This document shows, piece after piece, positions 16,974 to 26,986 of a stretch of 64,000 bases of DNA. Position 1 is the first letter of the stretch. Each line of letters starts with the position of its first letter. Both the position numbers and the translations under genes were made by a program. The notes beneath the pieces are model-generated. The model did no database searches. It was not told where the DNA came from and saw only the letters and a program-made list of their open reading frames with translations. Where the stretch lies: positions 92,199 to 156,198 of the forward strand of contig CAZRBB010000001.1 of NCBI GenBank assembly GCA_964598205.1. The letters run 5' to 3'. Source of the stretch: an uncultured Candidatus Saccharibacteria bacterium (lineage in GTDB: Bacteria; Patescibacteriota; Minisyncoccia; CAIUEV01; JAHKAQ01).

Positions 16974-18392
16974 ATGACAAGAGAACAGTTAGCAATATTG
17001 AAGATGTTTGATCGGCATGTGGAATCCCCAGCACAACAGGTGTTGGGAGTCGTGGCAGAAAGAACGGATATTAGAACATCGATCAGTCCGTTCAAGTTTC
17101 TGCCCGACTACAAAATTATTTACCCAAGAATCGTTATCCGGGCGTTGGGGGAGTTGTACGAGGAGTACAATAGGAATTTTATTCCCCTGGCAGAAGCAAA
17201 TACAGAGTACGAGACCGACTATCAGTACTGTTCGCGAATTATGGGGTTTCTTACCCCAGTTAACTTTGCCGTGCAGGTTGATATGGTCGGACTGCCGGAC
17301 AGCTTTTTACAAGTAGCGGAAGACGACGAAATTTCCCAAGAAGAAGTTCGGGAAATCTTGCGGATGCGGATCTTTGAAATCGAAAATTCCGTGGCCATGT
17401 ATCAGTTGCTGGAAAAGATTTTCTCCATCAACGGTCAAGATTCTTTTTTTAAGATCAACTTCCGCGCAGCCCTGAACAAATTGCGGAAAAAGTTCCAAAA
17501 ACCCATCGCCTTGCTGGCAGTTACGGAACAAAAGCATCGGGCCATGTTGTCTTCGGAGTTTGGCAAGCAAGCTGGGGAAGTCATTTCCGACGCTGAAGTT
17601 TCCGAACTTTCTGGCTTCGATCGCTTTTTCGGCCCGGCCGATTTTCGGGAGTACCTGACAGAAAACAAAGGCAAGTGTGGCTATCTTTTATACGCACGAA
17701 CCTCTGATCCGGTTAGCCGATTAAAGGATCCAAGCTTACAGGTAGAGCATCCGCTGCTTGGAGACCCGGAGATGAGGAAGATTATTAAGGCCAATGCTCT
17801 TACCTTTAACATTGATTCTCCGGAAATGGATTGCAGTCGGCGAATTAATGACACAAAGGAATACCAACCCCGCATGAAAATGGCCTTTCCGATCAGTTCC
17901 GGCGCCGATCTTTTTTCCCTTGATTTTGCTGAGTATTTACTCGGTGGGAAAAAAGGATATGCAGCTTACACCGGATCCTACAGACTCTCTGTTCAGTTTG
18001 AAAATTATCTGCGGACCTGCGGAGTAGATCCCGCAACCGTTGAGTCTGGGGAAACACTTCTTCGTTGCAAACCCGCCAAGTGCGCCTACGGGTGCTACGG
18101 CCATGTTGTCGGTTCATTGAACGACAACAAGTTCCGTGGCGAACTACGGAATAACATGCGTCAGCGGGAAGGAGGCTATGTGGTTCAGCCGGAAATGAAA
18201 ACTCCGGTGATTGAAAACACCACAGACGGTCAAACCTATACCTACATTGACCGGAATTTCCTTCTGTTTACTGGTGGCAAACCCCATTTTGCCGGTGGCT
18301 TTCGGTCGCTGATGCCAGTGGACTGTCACGAGACCAAGAAGCATCGCAACCATGGAAACGGCTCCACCGTGTGGGCCGAAATCATCGCCTAA
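16974..18392 (+). CDS. Divergent ATP-grasp-like protein; visibly higher GC than neighbours
   Basis: GGGAGG SD; LRCKP...GCYGH, YVVQPEM, YIDRN, NHGNG in ATP-grasp-like order. Confidence 0.6.
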   Translation: MTREQLAILKMFDRHVESPAQQVLGVVAERTDIRTSISPFKFLPDYKIIYPRIVIRALGELYEEYNRNFIPLAEANTEYETDYQYCSRIMGFLTPVNFAVQVDMVGLPDSFLQVAEDDEISQEEVREILRMRIFEIENSVAMYQLLEKIFSINGQDSFFKINFRAALNKLRKKFQKPIALLAVTEQKHRAMLSSEFGKQAGEVISDAEVSELSGFDRFFGPADFREYLTENKGKCGYLLYARTSDPVSRLKDPSLQVEHPLLGDPEMRKIIKANALTFNIDSPEMDCSRRINDTKEYQPRMKMAFPISSGADLFSLDFAEYLLGGKKGYAAYTGSYRLSVQFENYLRTCGVDPATVESGETLLRCKPAKCAYGCYGHVVGSLNDNKFRGELRNNMRQREGGYVVQPEMKTPVIENTTDGQTYTYIDRNFLLFTGGKPHFAGGFRSLMPVDCHETKKHRNHGNGSTVWAEIIA

Positions 18393-18429
18393 TCGTTTTT
18401 AACTTTTAACCAAAAGCTGTGCTAAACTC

Positions 18430-18469
18430 AAGCCATACAATTCCCCCTAAAAGGATAATTGTATGGCTT
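18430..18469 (+). terminator. Hairpin terminator
   Basis: AAGCCATACAATT...AATTGTATGGCTT. Confidence 0.65.
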
Positions 18470-18587
18470 GTTAATTATAAGGGGACTTATATGCAAATGC
18501 GCGTAAGCTCTATACATAAACCCTGATTGATCAATCCGTAGAATTTACACCTTTTACAAATAATTTATTTTCTTTAAAGATAAAGCC

Positions 18588-19658
18588 ATGTCTAATAACA
18601 TTCTGTCATTAGCCAAAAAATTTGTAGCTATTAAATCTATTCCTCAAAACCCCAAAGAATTAGAAAAAATCTTAGAGGTTGCTTTGGGAAACTTAAAAGG
18701 GTACACAATCGAAAAATTTGAACATCAAGGCGCCAAGAGCGCTTTAATTTACAATTCACCTAAGAGACCTAAAAAATTCAAAATTATTTTGAATGGTCAC
18801 CTAGATGTTATCCCTGGGAAAGAACACCAGTACATACCCCAAGTAAAAGGCAATCGGCTTTATGGAGTTGGCTCAATGGATATGAAATCAAATGTGGCTT
18901 GCCTAATTACGGCTTTTAAGGAAGTAGCGGAGAAGGTCAGCTATCCGCTTGGCTTACAATTAGTAACCGATGAACAGATTGGCGGATTTAATGGCACCAA
19001 ACACCAAGTAGATAAGGGCGTGCGGGCGGATTTTGTAATTGCCGGCGAACCTACTAATTTTGACATTGTAAACAAAGCTAAAGGAATTTTGTGGTTAAAA
19101 ATTTCTGCCAAAGGAAAATCGGCGCACGGTGCTTATCCCTGGAAAGGAGAAAATGCAATCTGGAAAATGAATGATTTTCTTAACGCTCTTAAAAAAAAGT
19201 ATCCTGATCCCACCCAAGAAAAATGGGTCACCACAGTTAACTTGAGTAAAATTAGCTCGAGCAATGAAACTTTTAACAAGATTCCCGATGATTGTTCGGT
19301 CAGTTTAGATATTCGCTATATTCCCGAAGAATCGGAAAATATTCTAAAAAACATTCAAAAGCTATTGCCTAAAGATTTTAAGCTAGAGGTAATTACTCAA
19401 GAACCCGCTCTAGCTACTAATAGTAGCAATGAATATTTAAAATTACTCCAAAAAGCGGGTAAACAAATTATTAACAAAAAAATTATTTTGCGCGGTGCCC
19501 AAGGATCTTCAGATGCCCGCCACTTTACTAGGGTAGACTGTCCTGGAATTGAGTTTGGACCAATTGGCGAAGGTAGCGGAAGCGACAATGAATGGGTAGA
19601 TATTCCCAGTTTGGAAAAATATTACCAAATACTTAAATCGTTTTTACTTTCTCTTTAG
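18588..19658 (+). CDS. M20 family metallopeptidase (ArgE/DapE-like)
   Basis: GHLDV, GVGSMDMK, DEQIGG, GEP, AHGAYPW, SDAR. Confidence 0.9.
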   Translation: MSNNILSLAKKFVAIKSIPQNPKELEKILEVALGNLKGYTIEKFEHQGAKSALIYNSPKRPKKFKIILNGHLDVIPGKEHQYIPQVKGNRLYGVGSMDMKSNVACLITAFKEVAEKVSYPLGLQLVTDEQIGGFNGTKHQVDKGVRADFVIAGEPTNFDIVNKAKGILWLKISAKGKSAHGAYPWKGENAIWKMNDFLNALKKKYPDPTQEKWVTTVNLSKISSSNETFNKIPDDCSVSLDIRYIPEESENILKNIQKLLPKDFKLEVITQEPALATNSSNEYLKLLQKAGKQIINKKIILRGAQGSSDARHFTRVDCPGIEFGPIGEGSGSDNEWVDIPSLEKYYQILKSFLLSL

Positions 19659-21622
19659 ACTAGCCCAAAAGCGGCTAAGTGAATTTTTTTTGCTTCTTGA
19701 TCTCCTAAGTTTTGGTAAGTAGTGCGAACAGTGTAACGGATCCTATCTTCTAATTGGTAAGCGTCTTTTATGTTTAGGCTCCAAATATTTTCTTCTCCTA
19801 TTTTGGCGGTTATTTCGGCTAATTTTTGTTGCAGTTCTTTTTGGTCTTTTAGTTCCAAGTTGGCGTCTAGGATTACTAATTTTTGAGTAATTTCTACTGC
19901 CGGATTTGGTGATTCTCCAAGCGCCTCTTTTGTAATTAATTCTAAATCCAGTTCGGCAAAATAAATATTTTCTGGCCGTTCATCTTGAGGGACCAGTTTG
20001 TAAATAATTCCGACTTCCTTTTGGTTTACGGTAATGGTAAAACAAACATCAGGATGAGCAATGGCTGGCTTAATTTTTGTTTCTTGGTAAGAAATCTGAT
20101 TAAAACCAAAGCCGCGCAATAACTTTTCAACCACTGATTTTATTTTCCCCAGCGCTAATGGAGCGTCTAGAAGTATTCCTAAAGCTTCTTTTTCCCAATA
20201 GCCGGAACCGGTTTTTTCCTTCCCAAATACTTTTCCAATTTCAAAAAGAAAATTTTCATTAACATTGTTTTTATTAAAACAAAAATTTTGCTCCAAAAGT
20301 CCGGTAGCTAGTGATAATCGTAGTTCTGGTCGTTCTTCGTTAATGGCGTTTTGGGTAATTACTGGAGCAAGTTCCCTGTAATTAACCATTTGCCCAGCAC
20401 CAGCAGGAACTAAAGGAAGAGAAAGAATCTCGTCTAAACCTAGGCTGGTTAATAAATTCCTAGCGCATCTTTCTGTTTTTGTTATTGGTGGAGTAATTTC
20501 TGTAATAATTTCCATTTTAGGCAGTTCGTTCCAGGGTATTTGATCATAGCCCACCATTCTAATCACTTCTTCTATTACATCTTCTTCTAAAAAAATATCG
20601 GTTCGGTCCTGCGGAGGAGTAGCTTTTAAAACCTCGCCTTCATTGGTAACAGTGAATCGTAGATTTTTAAGAATCGCCAAACACTGTTCTTTTTTAATAG
20701 GAATACCGGCATAAGTGCCAGCCTTCTCCCAATCAAAATCAATTTCAATTGGCCTTGGTGGTTCGGGGTAATACTCAAAGATTTCACCTCCCATTTCGGC
20801 GCCAGTGTGTTCCAATAAAAGGGAAATAAGTAGTCGGAAAGCGGTTTCCAAGCTGTTTGGGTCTAGTGTTTTCTCTAAACGGATTCCTGCTTCGGTAGTT
20901 ATTTTTAAATCGCGTGCATTCTTCTTAACCAAGCTTCGTTCATAGACGGCCATTTCCACCAAAACCGAATCAGTGCCAATCTCGATCGCTGCTGCTTGTC
21001 CGCCAATTAATCCAGCCAGCGCCAAAATATTTTCTTCGTCTTCAATGATTAATTCCTGACCCTTTAATTCAAATTTTGAACTATCTAGTGTAGTGATTTC
21101 TTTGAATCGGGAATTCAAGGACCAAGAAACATTGCCGGTGATTTTATTTTGATCCAAAAGGTGCGATGGATAGCCAGTCAAAAACATTACGAAATTAGAA
21201 AGATCTACTGCTAAATTAATACTTTTAGTTCCTTGAAGACTCAATGATTCTTGGAGCCAAGCAGGGGATTCACTCTTTTTAATTCCCGTAAGATTAATGG
21301 CCATTACTCGTTTTACCCAGGAATCATCGTTTATTTTAATATCTTTCTTCTGAGCGCTAGGAAGCGCTAAATCAACCACTGGCAATTCCAACGCTAAACC
21401 ATAATAGGCGGCGACTTCCCTGGCAATTCCCCAATAAGAAAGAAGGTCAGCGCGGTTTTGCCGAATTTCTAAACCAATTAAGTAGTCTTCTTTTCCGTCA
21501 AAAGAAACAGTTTCTAAACTGTCGTTTAAAAAACCAATATTAGTCAAAATATTGGCTACTTCTTTTGGGGTAGCCTTTAATTCGGGAATCAATTTTTGAA
21601 TCTGACTAAAAAGGATTTTCAT
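19655..21622 (-). CDS. pheT: Phenylalanyl-tRNA synthetase beta subunit (short form)
   Basis: NRADLLSYWGIARE, RTDIFLEEDVIEEVIRMVGY, FEIGKVF. Confidence 0.93.
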   Translation of the reverse strand: MKILFSQIQKLIPELKATPKEVANILTNIGFLNDSLETVSFDGKEDYLIGLEIRQNRADLLSYWGIAREVAAYYGLALELPVVDLALPSAQKKDIKINDDSWVKRVMAINLTGIKKSESPAWLQESLSLQGTKSINLAVDLSNFVMFLTGYPSHLLDQNKITGNVSWSLNSRFKEITTLDSSKFELKGQELIIEDEENILALAGLIGGQAAAIEIGTDSVLVEMAVYERSLVKKNARDLKITTEAGIRLEKTLDPNSLETAFRLLISLLLEHTGAEMGGEIFEYYPEPPRPIEIDFDWEKAGTYAGIPIKKEQCLAILKNLRFTVTNEGEVLKATPPQDRTDIFLEEDVIEEVIRMVGYDQIPWNELPKMEIITEITPPITKTERCARNLLTSLGLDEILSLPLVPAGAGQMVNYRELAPVITQNAINEERPELRLSLATGLLEQNFCFNKNNVNENFLFEIGKVFGKEKTGSGYWEKEALGILLDAPLALGKIKSVVEKLLRGFGFNQISYQETKIKPAIAHPDVCFTITVNQKEVGIIYKLVPQDERPENIYFAELDLELITKEALGESPNPAVEITQKLVILDANLELKDQKELQQKLAEITAKIGEENIWSLNIKDAYQLEDRIRYTVRTTYQNLGDQEAKKIHLAAFGLV

Positions 21623-22628
21623 TTTCGTATGGTTTATAACCTAAGTTACCGCCCAAAAGAGTGCGGATATCTTTAATATTGTATCGAGCCATTACCCAGC
21701 GATCCAATCCTAGAGCAAAAGCAAAACCGCGCCATTCCTGCGTGTCTAAGCCGGCCATCTTCATAATATTTGGATGAATAATGCCAGCGCCACCCATCTC
21801 TATCCAACCTACGCCTTTACAGACTGGGCAACCCTTGCCATGACAATTAAAGCACTGCATATCTGGGCCAACTCCCGGCTCTACCTCTGGATAATATTTA
21901 TTGCGGTAGCGGATTTTTACTTTTGGTCCGTACATTTCGCCAAAAAGTGCCGAAAAAGTGCCGAATAAGTCTTTTAAGCTGGCGTCTTTAGAAACCACCA
22001 CGCCTTGGTAGTGATGAAAAATAAAATGATTACTGGGATTGGGTTTTTCGTTGCGGTAAACGCGACCAGGGCTAACCACCTTTAATGGTGGTGGAAATTT
22101 TTCCAAGATTCGCGCTTCTATGGAAGAAGTTTGCGTGCGCAAAAGGTAATCAGGACTTTCAATATAAATTGTGTCTTGCATGTCTCTCGCCGGATGGTCG
22201 GCTGGGACATTTAAGCGTTGGAAGCAGTATTCATCGGTTTCTATTTCTCTTTCTTCCATCACGCTAAAACCCATTTTAGAAAAAAAGTCGTTTAGTTTTT
22301 GGACTGTTTCGGTAATTGGATGTAAATGACCAACTTTTTCTAAGCCAAGATCCAGTTCTTCCCTTTCTTTTTCTAAAATTACTTCTCTGTTTTTTTCTTC
22401 TAATTCCAATTTTTTATTTTCCAAAAGCGTGCGAATTTCTTTTTCTATTTTTTGTACCTCAATTGCTCTTTCCTTTCTTTCTTCTGGTGGGCACTGACCG
22501 ATTCTGGCTAAAAGTTCTTTAATAGCACCGTTTTTTCCAAAATAAAAAGCCTCTTCTTTTTGTAATTCTTCCAAAGAAGAAACAGTTTTTAATTTTTCTT
22601 CTGATTCCAAAATAAGATTTTTTTCCAT
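21606..22628 (-). CDS. pheS: Phenylalanyl-tRNA synthetase alpha subunit
   Basis: GHLHP, HPARDMQDT, PGRVYR, GWIEMGG, GFAFALGLDR. Confidence 0.97.
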   Translation of the reverse strand: MEKNLILESEEKLKTVSSLEELQKEEAFYFGKNGAIKELLARIGQCPPEERKERAIEVQKIEKEIRTLLENKKLELEEKNREVILEKEREELDLGLEKVGHLHPITETVQKLNDFFSKMGFSVMEEREIETDEYCFQRLNVPADHPARDMQDTIYIESPDYLLRTQTSSIEARILEKFPPPLKVVSPGRVYRNEKPNPSNHFIFHHYQGVVVSKDASLKDLFGTFSALFGEMYGPKVKIRYRNKYYPEVEPGVGPDMQCFNCHGKGCPVCKGVGWIEMGGAGIIHPNIMKMAGLDTQEWRGFAFALGLDRWVMARYNIKDIRTLLGGNLGYKPYENENPF

Positions 22629-22681
22629 ATGAACAATGCTAAACTTTTCTAAGATTATCTTAAAACAAAGATTTATTCAAT

Positions 22682-22774
22682 CGTCCCGCTACCGACATTG
22701 CCCGATATTTTTAAGCAAGTCTCTCTTTTGGATTTTGCCCATTAGACTTCCGTCCCGCTACCGACATTGCCCGA
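22682..22774. repeat. Two identical 24-bp direct repeats with 45-bp spacer
   Basis: CGTCCCGCTACCGACATTGCCCGA at 22682-22705 and 22751-22774. Confidence 0.9.
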
Positions 22775-22890
22775 AGTAGAGTATGATTTAAAAATCGTTA
22801 TTGTTCTAAATTTTATTGCTAATATCTTGGTGCATTCAAAAAAGTAGTGTAAATTAAAAAAAGATTTTAATTTATCTTTAAAACAAAAAA

Positions 22891-23487
22891 ATGTTAGCTG
22901 TAACTGCAGTTCCTCCTACCGATTATTATCAAAGCCCAATGCCCTTAGTAGATGGTCCAGCAATGAATCCAAGCTTTGCGTCAGATGATTTTGGTAGGAC
23001 GGCCGGACTGGCGGTTTTAGTTTTTGCTGTCCTTTTCTTCCTTTTTGTTCTAGCAGCGTATCTTTTCTTTAGTTACTGTTTGTTTAGAATTGCTAAAAAA
23101 GCCAACATTGAAGATGCTTGGATGTCTTGGGTCCCTATTCTGAATTTAATCGTAATGATTAAATTGGGTCAAAAACCTGTTTGGTGGGTCATTCTTTTCT
23201 TTGTTCCAGTAGTTGGCATGATTATTGGGATTGTTATTTGGATGAATATTTTTTACCGCTTTGGTAAGCCAGAATGGATGGGTCTTTTAATGATTATCCC
23301 TGTAGTAAACTTAGTAATGCTTGTTTACTTAGCTTTTTCCCAAGACATGGTGATTGTAAATTCTGCCCCTCAATTTGCCACGGCGCCAGCTGGTGCCCCA
23401 ACCTCACCTATGGATCCAGCTCCTATCTCAACTGCTCCTATTACCGCCCCCAAAAATCTCAAAACTTCCAAGCCGCCAACTGTTTAG
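22891..23487 (+). CDS. DUF5684-like membrane protein
   Basis: AWMSWVPILN, PVWWVIL..VPVV, FGK motifs; Pro-rich tail. Confidence 0.8.
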   Translation: MLAVTAVPPTDYYQSPMPLVDGPAMNPSFASDDFGRTAGLAVLVFAVLFFLFVLAAYLFFSYCLFRIAKKANIEDAWMSWVPILNLIVMIKLGQKPVWWVILFFVPVVGMIIGIVIWMNIFYRFGKPEWMGLLMIIPVVNLVMLVYLAFSQDMVIVNSAPQFATAPAGAPTSPMDPAPISTAPITAPKNLKTSKPPTV

Positions 23488-23515
23488 GCCTTGAAGTTTA
23501 AATAATCGGTCTTTT

Positions 23516-25162
23516 ATGCTCTCTAATTTTTGGTCTTTCTTGAATTCTCGCCGTCGTTTAATTTATTTTTTCCTAGTGGTTGGGCTTTTAATTTATAGCT
23601 CCGCTCTGCCTAATCAAATGTTTTGGGACGATCAAGACGGTATTTTAAATAATGCTTACATTAAAGATTGGCAGTATTTTGAAGAATATTTTTCCCAAAA
23701 TTTAATCGCTGGTTCTGGATTGCAAAGCAATTATTGGCGTCCAGTTCTTTTAATTATTTATTCTTTGGAATGGCACTTGTGGGGCGATTGGGCACCGGGG
23801 TATCATTTGGTGAACATCTTAGCGCATATTGCTGCCGCCTTAGCTCTTTTTTATCTTTTTAAAAAAGTCTTAAAAAAAAGAAGTGTCGCTTTATTTTCGG
23901 CACTGATCTTTTTAATTCACCCACTGCAAACAGAGGCGGTAACTTATGTTTCTGGGCTAGCCGATCCCTTAAGTTCTCTTTTTATTTTTTTGGCACTGAT
24001 CCTTTTTTTAAAGTCACCCCCAAAAAGAGATCATTATTTTTATTGGTCTTTGGCTTTTTTTGGGTTGTCTTTAATGACCAAAGAAAAATCGGCCATAATC
24101 TTTCCTTCGCTTTTAATATTGATTCTTTTCCTTTGGTTGATTCAGGAAAAATCAGGGCAAAAATGGAAATTTATTTTTAGTTTTTGGTCTCGACTCTGGC
24201 CATTCATTCTAATGGGGTCCGTTTATGTTCTACTAAGAGCCACTTCTCTTAACTTTCAAGACACTTTTAATATTTATGTCGAGAAGAATCCCTACACCGA
24301 AAGCATCTTGGTGCGCTTGGCTACTTTTTTAAAAATCTTACCTCAATACATCTCTCTTATTTTTTGGCCTCACAATTTGCACATGGAACGGGTGGCGGAA
24401 TTTCAAACAACTTTCAAGGACCCTCAAGTTATTTTAGGAAGCGCTCTGGCGCTAGCTTCTCTCTTGTTGTTGGTTTTTGGAATCAAGAAAAAGAATAAAG
24501 TCTTAATTTTTTCTATTGGTTGGTTTTGGGCAACAATGTTCCCTGCTTCTGGAATTATGGCTCCAATGAGTGGCTTAATGTATGAACATTATCTCTATCT
24601 TCCCTTAATAGGAGTCTTTGGTGGGCTTTTTTATTTTGGTGGTTGGTGGATTAAAGAAAGAGGGAATCCTCTAATCCTAAAGATCGCGCTAGGGAGTTTA
24701 ATTGTTTACTTTTTATTTTTAAGTACTGCAACTTTTCTCCGCAATAAGATTTGGCATGATCCTATTATTTTTTACAACAATATTATTTTGTATAATCCTA
24801 ACAGCCTAAGAGTTTGGAATAATCTAGGTATGGCTTATGCCGAGAAATCTCAATGGGAAAAGGCGCTAGAATCCTACAGGCGCGCGGCAGCACTTGATTC
24901 GAGGGATCAGTCAGCTCCGCCACATCATAATTTAGCCAATGCGTTTACGCATCTTAGTAGGGAAGAAGAGGCGATAGAAGAATATCAAAGAGCACTTCTG
25001 ATTGACCCAGAATTTACCTTCTCTTACGGGGCACTTTTGGATCTTTATCTTAAAAGAAACGATAATATCTCAGCAGTTAAACTTCTCAGAGAGGCTTTCC
25101 AACACTTTCCCAATGATTTAGGAATCAAATCGGCGCTTTTAGAGTTAGAAAAAAAGCAATAA
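23516..25162 (+). CDS. TMTC-like GT-C protein O-glycosyltransferase with TPRs
   Basis: FWDD, YWRP, YHLVN, HPLQTEAVTY, TKE, EHYLYLP, C-terminal TPR (NNLG...). Confidence 0.88.
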   Translation: MLSNFWSFLNSRRRLIYFFLVVGLLIYSSALPNQMFWDDQDGILNNAYIKDWQYFEEYFSQNLIAGSGLQSNYWRPVLLIIYSLEWHLWGDWAPGYHLVNILAHIAAALALFYLFKKVLKKRSVALFSALIFLIHPLQTEAVTYVSGLADPLSSLFIFLALILFLKSPPKRDHYFYWSLAFFGLSLMTKEKSAIIFPSLLILILFLWLIQEKSGQKWKFIFSFWSRLWPFILMGSVYVLLRATSLNFQDTFNIYVEKNPYTESILVRLATFLKILPQYISLIFWPHNLHMERVAEFQTTFKDPQVILGSALALASLLLLVFGIKKKNKVLIFSIGWFWATMFPASGIMAPMSGLMYEHYLYLPLIGVFGGLFYFGGWWIKERGNPLILKIALGSLIVYFLFLSTATFLRNKIWHDPIIFYNNIILYNPNSLRVWNNLGMAYAEKSQWEKALESYRRAAALDSRDQSAPPHHNLANAFTHLSREEEAIEEYQRALLIDPEFTFSYGALLDLYLKRNDNISAVKLLREAFQHFPNDLGIKSALLELEKKQ

Positions 25163-25242
25163 TGCTGGAATCATTTTACATTTTTGTTATTTGCAGGTAA
25201 TATTTTTTCAGTCTTAATAAAGATTATTAATCAAAAAAAAAT

Positions 25243-26943
25243 ATGAAGCGCGTTGTTTTTAAAATTACAGACAGACAAAATTCCAAGTTTTTTTCGTATC
25301 CTCAGAAGAAAGAAATAAAGAAACAAACAACAGACATTTCTCTCGAGAGTATTAAAAAAATTATTGTTGAAGATTATAAGCAATTATTCGACGAAGCAGA
25401 GCTTACTGGCAGTGGAGTATTCTTGCATCCGGAATTAGAAAAAATTGTTGATTTTTTAGAAAAAACAACAAAGTTTGTTTGGTTAGAAGCCGGAGAAGAA
25501 GATCTTAAAAAATATCAAAAAATTATCCAGAAAGAAAAGGTGGGGCTAAAGTTTTATTTAGCTGGTCTTAAACCAGAAGAAAACGACATTCTAATGGGTA
25601 GCGGTGCTTTTAAAAGAATAGAAAAAAACATTGATTTTGCGTTAAAAGAAGGTAAGCAAGTCTCTATTGATTTTTTAATTCACCAAAAAAATTGGAAAAC
25701 TCTTCCTTCTGTTATTGATTTTTCTAATCAAAAAAAACTCAGCCTTAATTTTCAAGAGCTAATGCCTTTAGGCGATGCTACAAAAAAAGAAAAATTAATT
25801 CTTTCCGGCGAAGACCTTCGGTCGTTTTGGAAAGCGCTAGTCAATTGGAAGTTAAAAGGATTTCGTTTTTCTGCTTTTTCCAACTTTCTTTCTAATCATG
25901 GAAATTGTCGTTTTGAAAAGATTATTGTTTTTAATGAATTGGGTTGTTTGGAAAAGTGCCCTCTAGACTCTTTTTTTACTTCAGTAGAAAAGAAGAACAG
26001 TCTTCAAAATACTAAATGTGCCAGTTGTTTTTGTTGGGATAAAAAGTTAGATTTTTCCGATTCATCGCTAACTAAAGGAAAAAACAAAAAAGAAACAACG
26101 CTTGCAATGGTGGCCAAGGCTTATTATCAAAGAGAGTTGTTTCCAGAAGTTAACATAGACAAAGCTCTTAAAATAAATCAAAAAGAGGATCCTAAGACAA
26201 TTGCCGAAATCGCAGAGAGCTTTAATTTAGTAAGAAGAATGGATGGAGTTTCCTGGGACTGGTTTTCTAACTATCAAAAACAGGAAGAAGAACTAAACCT
26301 GATTATTACCAATCAATCCAATTTAGACTATCATTTTTACCCTAAACCTTTTAAAAAAGAAACCATTTCTTTTCCCGAGGTGGGAAGTTTTTTAGAAGAG
26401 GCTAACTTTAAAGGTATTTCCAGGGTTATTTTGAGTGGTGGTGATATTCTTCTTTTCCCCCAAATAAAGGAACTATTTCAGTTTTTGGGCAAGGTTAATT
26501 TACAAGCGGTATTTAGTTTGGATGGCTGGAATTTTGAAAAATATCAAGAAGAGATAATTAAGATTCCCAATGCTTCTTTTGGTTTTGAAGTCTATGGTGC
26601 CACTGCCTCGGTTCACGATAAACATGTAGGGAAAGAGGGGGCTTTTGATAAAATTATGGAAGCAATGGAGTTTTTAATAGACAAAGAAAAACCGGTCGGT
26701 CTAAACTACATTTTAACCCAAAAGAATTTAAAAGAACTAGAATCGATGATTAACTTCGCTTCAATGCTAGAACTTTCATTTTTTAATCTAACTCCAGTAG
26801 AAGATAAATTTACTAAAATCAGCAAGGCCTATGCAAATTCTTCTAAAAATATTGCTGATGCAGAAAAACATCTCAAAGAATCACTAACTAAAAAAGGGGT
26901 AAAGCTAAGATGCTCGTTGACTAGATTTCCAAGAACTAACTAA
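25243..26943 (+). CDS. Tandem double radical-SAM-fold protein, both domains lacking CxxxCxxC
   Basis: KITDRQNSKFFSYP and IITNQSNLDYHFYP at the Cys-motif position; LSGGD, HDKHVGKEGAF; central SPASM-like Cys. Confidence 0.75.
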   Translation: MKRVVFKITDRQNSKFFSYPQKKEIKKQTTDISLESIKKIIVEDYKQLFDEAELTGSGVFLHPELEKIVDFLEKTTKFVWLEAGEEDLKKYQKIIQKEKVGLKFYLAGLKPEENDILMGSGAFKRIEKNIDFALKEGKQVSIDFLIHQKNWKTLPSVIDFSNQKKLSLNFQELMPLGDATKKEKLILSGEDLRSFWKALVNWKLKGFRFSAFSNFLSNHGNCRFEKIIVFNELGCLEKCPLDSFFTSVEKKNSLQNTKCASCFCWDKKLDFSDSSLTKGKNKKETTLAMVAKAYYQRELFPEVNIDKALKINQKEDPKTIAEIAESFNLVRRMDGVSWDWFSNYQKQEEELNLIITNQSNLDYHFYPKPFKKETISFPEVGSFLEEANFKGISRVILSGGDILLFPQIKELFQFLGKVNLQAVFSLDGWNFEKYQEEIIKIPNASFGFEVYGATASVHDKHVGKEGAFDKIMEAMEFLIDKEKPVGLNYILTQKNLKELESMINFASMLELSFFNLTPVEDKFTKISKAYANSSKNIADAEKHLKESLTKKGVKLRCSLTRFPRTN

Positions 26944-26986
26944 GAAAACCGTGAACTAGCGGATTGTAAAACAAACACTCTTTTCA

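Noticed and set aside
19655-21622. PheT as a truncated pseudogene
   Set aside because: Intact frame with core motifs; short PheT lacking the tRNA-binding insertion is a known form.
22682-22774. CRISPR array
   Set aside because: Only two repeats, no cas genes and no clear repeat palindrome; kept as an unexplained repeat.
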